Virus record (IMG/VR): IMGVR_UViG_3300000059_000319
Span: 6,592 to 70,591 of that record
Source of the DNA: a virus
DNA: 64,000 nt
Direction: 5' to 3' (one strand)
Of the stretch, positions 58,888 to 64,000 are shown piece after piece. How positions within the stretch are numbered: the stretch's first letter is position 1; every line of letters begins with the position of its first letter. The position numbers and the translations under genes are program-made. Below the pieces are notes generated by a model. The model was not told the DNA's origin. It saw only the letters and a program-made list of their open reading frames with translations, and made no database searches.

Positions 58888-59358
58888 ATGGCAGTTAACC
58901 CAATACTATATGATTTGAATGAAGCTTTACAACGTATTGCTTTTGATGCTATGCGTGTCATTCAGTTCATTATGGAATCTGACAAAGGAATAAATGAAAA
59001 AACAGGTACTAATACTTTAATTGATAGTGATATATATAATGAATTAGAAATAGATATACATGACACTTCAATTATAGATGTGTTTGTTAATGGTTATATT
59101 GATGCTATTGAAAGTGGTCGTAAGCCATATGCAAAACGTGTACCCATACAAGATTTAATAGTGTGGTGCAACAAGAAAGGAATACAAGCAAGTAATGGTA
59201 TTGTATATGCTATTCAAGACAGTATATATAAGAATGGGATTAAAGCAAGACCCATAATGATATATGTATTTGAAGAATGGGATAAGATGTGGGAAGATTG
59301 GAGTGAAGAACTTATAAATGAAATTCTTGCAGACTTAACCGACTTCTTCAATAACTAA
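58888..59358 (+). CDS. Tail completion/neck protein
   Basis: Homologue of 19464..19937. Confidence 0.55.
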   Translation: MAVNPILYDLNEALQRIAFDAMRVIQFIMESDKGINEKTGTNTLIDSDIYNELEIDIHDTSIIDVFVNGYIDAIESGRKPYAKRVPIQDLIVWCNKKGIQASNGIVYAIQDSIYKNGIKARPIMIYVFEEWDKMWEDWSEELINEILADLTDFFNN

Positions 59359-59385
59359 ATAAATAATTAAGATAAAATATTATAA

Positions 59386-60795
59386 ATGAAAGATATAGAA
59401 AAAATATGTGGTTCATCTTTAAACCACTTTCTAATATTAGATAGTAACACAACCAATATACAACCATCTGTAACATTTACTGTTAAGACAGCATCATCAA
59501 CAACTATAACAATAAAAGATGCAGATAATAGTGAATGGGAAGGTATTGTACTAACAGGTACTGCATCAGGTGTTATATCTTCAACCTCTTTTGTAACTAA
59601 GAATAATGCTATCAGTACAGGCTTATCACTATTGGAATGTCTAAAAAAGAATGGTATATTTTTTGATTTTAATACCCCTGTCATATCAGGTAACCAAATC
59701 ACATTAACATGTAGTCTTGAAATGTCAAGAAGTTATATTATATCTTCTTCTTCAACATCTAACATATCAGTATCAACTAATGGTGGAAATACAACAATAA
59801 CTAAATATATTGTAGATATGGATGTTGAAAGAAAATCAAGTAAATCAAATCTATCACTTGATAAGTATTCAATAGATAATACTGTATCATTTAATTTAAC
59901 TTCACCATTTTCATCTATAACAGAAAAATACCCTTTGATATGTAAATTATTTAGTTATCGTACTGATGGTACTAATACCAATCTAAATACTTTATCAGTA
60001 AATGATTTTTATGTATTGCCTACAACACTACATAAATTTGATGATGTAGATTTTTATAATGATTATTTTAAAGATAGTGCATCACCATTACCAAAACCAA
60101 TACTAACTAATAATATCAATAAGACAATTAATTATGATGAAACTATTGCTTTATCATTCTTAACCAACGATACATCAGTTAAATTACAAAAGAGATACTA
60201 CACAACATCAGGTAGATATTTGACTAAAGACATAAACTATTTATATAAAGAATTTAATTTTATCAGATGTGACTTTTATGATACACCTGATATTGAATTA
60301 ATCGAAACACAATACAATACACAAGTAGGTTATATATTATATAATATATTAGATGGAAGTAATAACATTATTAGTAATGATTTAAAATATAATGTAGTAC
60401 CAAGTTGTAACCCTAATAATATTATCTTCTTTGTAAATGAATTAGGTGGTTTAGATTCATTTAATTTTTTAGCTAATGCATCTACTGAATATGAGATTGA
60501 AGAACAATTAACCTATTCAACAACACCTTTAAAACCATTTACTGATGTGAAGGTTATCGAGCAAGAAAAAAGTAAATACCAAACAATTACACATACGTTA
60601 AAAACATCTATAATAAATAGATATACAAGTGATTGGTTGAATGAATTAAATAAAAGTAGGTATGTATATCAATATGATAATGGTGTTGAAATACGAATAA
60701 TACCAAATAGTTTTACAATCGAAACTACACATGGTGATGAAGAATATGAATTGACATTTAAATATCACAGGTCAGATAATAAGGTTAGGATTTAA
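59386..60795 (+). CDS. Distal tail/baseplate-like protein
   Basis: Homologue of 19953..21365. Confidence 0.55.
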   Translation: MKDIEKICGSSLNHFLILDSNTTNIQPSVTFTVKTASSTTITIKDADNSEWEGIVLTGTASGVISSTSFVTKNNAISTGLSLLECLKKNGIFFDFNTPVISGNQITLTCSLEMSRSYIISSSSTSNISVSTNGGNTTITKYIVDMDVERKSSKSNLSLDKYSIDNTVSFNLTSPFSSITEKYPLICKLFSYRTDGTNTNLNTLSVNDFYVLPTTLHKFDDVDFYNDYFKDSASPLPKPILTNNINKTINYDETIALSFLTNDTSVKLQKRYYTTSGRYLTKDINYLYKEFNFIRCDFYDTPDIELIETQYNTQVGYILYNILDGSNNIISNDLKYNVVPSCNPNNIIFFVNELGGLDSFNFLANASTEYEIEEQLTYSTTPLKPFTDVKVIEQEKSKYQTITHTLKTSIINRYTSDWLNELNKSRYVYQYDNGVEIRIIPNSFTIETTHGDEEYELTFKYHRSDNKVRI

Positions 60796-60847
60796 TTCTA
60801 ACCTTTTTTATTACCCTTCAAAATCTTTATTATAAAAGATAAGATAG

Positions 60848-63652
60848 ATGAATATAGAATTATATATTGGTAATAAAATAGTTGAATTAGATGACAGCTT
60901 TGATATTAGATTAAACAAAGAACTGTATAATACAGAAGAACTTACATCAAAAGAACTTACATATAGTTTTACAATACAGATACCAACAACACAACATAAC
61001 AAAGAAATATTCAATTATGTTGATACAGAAGAAGTACCCAATAAATTTAATCAAGTATATGATGCAGAACTGTATTGTAACAGTACTTTGATAATGCGTG
61101 GTAAATATGTTAACCAAGAAATTGATGTAGACTATTATTCAGGTAATTTATACACACCATCACAAAAAACATTATCAGATATATTTGGTGACCTTGCTAT
61201 GTCCAAAATAAAAAAACGTATGATGTATATAAACACTTGGGATGATATGGGTAAGATAAACACCAAAGCAAGATTTAATAGTAATGCTGATGATAGATAT
61301 TTAGTTTATCCATATGTATTATACAATTTACCATATAATTCTGCATCAGCTACATCAGATAAGTATATTCAATATGCGAGTAATAAAGATGGTGGTAATT
61401 GGAACTATGATGTTATGATACCTGCATTTCAAATTGTGGGTGTTATCAGAGATATATTTGAAACATTTAATTTAAAAGTAGATGGTAATATATTTACTGA
61501 CCCTCGATTCACAGAACTATATATGTCAGTATCAAAAGAGATTGAAGAATTTTATGCAAATAAGATTACACCATATTATGCTAAAATAACAGGTCAATAT
61601 GATACAGTAAGAAATAATAATATTGATAAAACATTAGCACAAGTAAATCAGAAAGATGGTTTTAGAACATTTTCATCAAATTTATTATTGTCAGAAAATA
61701 CACACGTGTCATCAAAAACAGATGAATATGAAATGTTATCAAAAGCTGATAATAACAACACAATACACATTAAAAAATCAGGTTGGTATAGAGTACATTC
61801 AGCAGGTGATTTTGGTTATTATAATGCAAAGAACCAAAGGTGGACACAAAATGGTAGGTATAATTCTTGTTCTGTTTTTTCAGATGGTGATAGGTCATCA
61901 CTTGATTCTTTTCCTTTTGAATTACAAATAGTTAGAAGTCAAACAGGTGTATCACAACCTAAAATGTTAGGGGTGTTTGGTTTTCAACCATCAGATAATC
62001 ATACTGATAGTGGACGTGATATGTCATACAGAGTTGATAATAGTGGTGTTTATGTTAACTATGATAAGGTTAATACTAAATTTCCTATTAATGGTGGTAC
62101 TATGAAAATATATGATTCTACTGACCCAAATTCAGATAACTTTATTCATGGTGCACACTTTGGTATCTTTGGTTATGATAAAGGTTCAGGGGGTAGAAAT
62201 GATGATAGATGGAACTGTTTAGGTAGTTTTTTATATAATAATCCTAATCCAACTAAGAATAATAATAATGAACAAAAAGATAGTGATTGGTACAGATATG
62301 CTAAAAACTATTGGGATAGGTTATATTATTTTAATCAAGTGAATCCGATGATAAGAACATTTGGCAAGAATGTAAGAAGCTTTGGTTGCTTTGATGAAAA
62401 CTATTTATATACTTCACAACAAGTAGATGATGATTGGGTAAAGAAATTTACAAAACAAAATGATAGAGAATGGTATAATGGGTTAAATATATCAGGTGCA
62501 TCATTATATTCTAATTTAAGAGGTATGTGGGATGTATCAAGTGTTATTTGGTTAGAAGAAGGTGATATGATTGATATAGTATCTATCACACCATTACACG
62601 CATACCAACGTGAATCTTGTTCATTTTGGCGTTGTAAGATGAAAGATAAATCTGATTGTGCACCTAACATCAATATTAAATTTGAATTGGAAATAGGACT
62701 TATAAATAGTAATAAGGATTGGAATTATAAAGATGAAGATATACCATACTTTGAATTATTGAAAAAGAACAGAGAATCTAATGTTAATGCACTATTACCT
62801 GATGAAGTAACTATTAATGAATTTCTTAATAATTTTATTTCAACATTCAATCTATCATTAACTAAAGAAAATTCAAATACATATACCATAAATTCAAATA
62901 CCAATAATGATACTATTGGTAAAATAATTGATATTGAACCTTATACAGATATATCTAAAAATAAATATACTCGTATTGATTCACCTTCTGAATACCAATT
63001 TAATTTCAATTTTGATACAGAAGAAGAAGGATATACACAACAAGGTAAAAACAATCTTAAACCAAAAGAATATACAGGTCAAGGTGTGTTTACTAACCCT
63101 GCTGCAACAAATGGAACAATAGATAAAAAAGATACAATCTTTTCATATTGTTGGTATAAGAATATAGATTGGGTTGACCAAAATAATAATAAAACTACTT
63201 TAACTGTACCTGTAATATCAGATAGTGAAATATGGTCAGATGGTATATCATACATAGAAGCACAAGATAAAAACCTATTCCTAAATAATAATTTAAGAAT
63301 GTTTTATGTTGATTTCTCACAACCATATAAATATAATATTCTTGCTAATCCTAATAATAGTGGTACATCTATGTTCATTTATCCTGTAAGAAATAATGTA
63401 AGTGGTGATGGTACATTAGAATTAACCTTTGATAAAAAGATTAATAATTCAATTACCAATAAATTATTTAATATAAAAATGTCATCAGGGCATGAAGTAG
63501 AAACATCATTATATCTACCACCACATTTATTTAATAATATAGATTCTTCAACAAGATTTAAAATGAATAATGATATATACCAAGTGAAAGCATTAGAAGG
63601 GTTTGACCCAACTGAACAAGAAGAAACAACACTAACTTTAATTAAAGAATAA
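60848..63652 (+). CDS. Baseplate hub/tail tip protein
   Basis: Homologue of 21434..24247. Confidence 0.6.
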   Translation: MNIELYIGNKIVELDDSFDIRLNKELYNTEELTSKELTYSFTIQIPTTQHNKEIFNYVDTEEVPNKFNQVYDAELYCNSTLIMRGKYVNQEIDVDYYSGNLYTPSQKTLSDIFGDLAMSKIKKRMMYINTWDDMGKINTKARFNSNADDRYLVYPYVLYNLPYNSASATSDKYIQYASNKDGGNWNYDVMIPAFQIVGVIRDIFETFNLKVDGNIFTDPRFTELYMSVSKEIEEFYANKITPYYAKITGQYDTVRNNNIDKTLAQVNQKDGFRTFSSNLLLSENTHVSSKTDEYEMLSKADNNNTIHIKKSGWYRVHSAGDFGYYNAKNQRWTQNGRYNSCSVFSDGDRSSLDSFPFELQIVRSQTGVSQPKMLGVFGFQPSDNHTDSGRDMSYRVDNSGVYVNYDKVNTKFPINGGTMKIYDSTDPNSDNFIHGAHFGIFGYDKGSGGRNDDRWNCLGSFLYNNPNPTKNNNNEQKDSDWYRYAKNYWDRLYYFNQVNPMIRTFGKNVRSFGCFDENYLYTSQQVDDDWVKKFTKQNDREWYNGLNISGASLYSNLRGMWDVSSVIWLEEGDMIDIVSITPLHAYQRESCSFWRCKMKDKSDCAPNINIKFELEIGLINSNKDWNYKDEDIPYFELLKKNRESNVNALLPDEVTINEFLNNFISTFNLSLTKENSNTYTINSNTNNDTIGKIIDIEPYTDISKNKYTRIDSPSEYQFNFNFDTEEEGYTQQGKNNLKPKEYTGQGVFTNPAATNGTIDKKDTIFSYCWYKNIDWVDQNNNKTTLTVPVISDSEIWSDGISYIEAQDKNLFLNNNLRMFYVDFSQPYKYNILANPNNSGTSMFIYPVRNNVSGDGTLELTFDKKINNSITNKLFNIKMSSGHEVETSLYLPPHLFNNIDSSTRFKMNNDIYQVKALEGFDPTEQEETTLTLIKE

Positions 63653-63748
63653 AACTTAATACTAATTATTTATGAATTGGGATATACCACAAAGTATATC
63701 CCTTTTTTATTCACTACCAAAATCTTTATTATAAAAGATTATAGTAGA

Positions 63749-64000
63749 ATGAGTAACACAAACAAAAAAGTATATACACTTGAAATACAAGGTGTAAAAG
63801 AATCTTATGATGTAGTAGTTAGTATTAATGATGCACTTCAAGTAATGGATAAAACAATACAAGAAGTAAACAAGACACAAAAACAATCTAAATCTACTAC
63901 TGATGAACTTACCAAAGCACAAGAAAAATTAAAACAATTTGATGCTGAATACCAAAAGGAATTAGAGAAAACTAAACAAGCTCTAAAGGAAAAGAACAAA
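63749..64000 (+). CDS. Tape measure protein, 3'-truncated by window end (not in ORF track)
   Basis: MSNTNKKVYTLEIQGVKESYD... matches the A tape measure start MSNTNKKVYVLEIQGTKESYD. Confidence 0.85.
   Translation, partial: MSNTNKKVYTLEIQGVKESYDVVVSINDALQVMDKTIQEVNKTQKQSKSTTDELTKAQEKLKQFDAEYQKELEKTKQALKEKNK

Larger units (their letters stand above)
29972..64000. mobile_element. Prophage B (right end outside window), diverged relative of A
   Basis: Protease, scaffold, capsid, tail tubes, fibres, portal, lysis, replication, terminases, baseplate and start of tape measure; same order as A. Confidence 0.85.

Noticed and set aside
2401-63922. Numerous short overlapping or antisense ORFs in the track (e.g. 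6289..6723, 11821..12384, 34179..34550, 42083..42295, 47309..47614)
   Set aside because: They are shadows of real genes or of the leader RNA, have biased composition, and are not conserved between A and B.
1-64000. Assembly artefact duplicating one phage
   Set aside because: The copies differ at many synonymous and non-synonymous sites and in gene content, so they are distinct genomes. A chimeric join remains possible and is listed as a test.
1-64000. Alternative genetic code (stop-codon reassignment) as in some gut phages
   Set aside because: Large genes (tape measure, hub, terminase, integrase) are intact under the standard code and coding density is high.

Overview
AT-rich window holding two related but clearly diverged ~37-39 kb Bacteroidota-type siphoviral prophages in head-to-tail tandem. 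Unit A runs from before the window start to ~29,989 and unit B from ~29,972 to beyond the window end. Almost every gene in A has a diverged, syntenic homologue in B. They are joined at a tyrosine integrase followed by an 18-bp copy of a tRNA-Ser 3' end flanked by repeated arm-like sequences (attP-like junction). The unit order is unusual: prohead protease, scaffold, capsid, three tail-tube paralogues, fibres/LRR adhesins, portal, adaptor, lysis, origin/wHTH initiator, nuclease, phage sigma factor, frameshifting tail chaperone, terminases, neck/baseplate, tape measure, integrase. Comparing A with B revealed several things the ORF track does not show. (1) A two-Cys ~55-aa repeat is split across protein boundaries, suggesting plug-and-socket assembly of tail appendages. 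(2) A ~200-nt structured leader RNA has compensatory changes and mutually exclusive pairings in front of variable antisense morons. (3) A 15-copy AATCTTTATWAWAAAG late-promoter-like motif accompanies the phage sigma factor. (4) A -1 frameshift in the tail chaperone is conserved. (5) A small ORF carries a copy of the scaffold N-terminal motif. (6) No recognisable CI-type repressor is present. All family names come from motif recognition by eye, not database searches.
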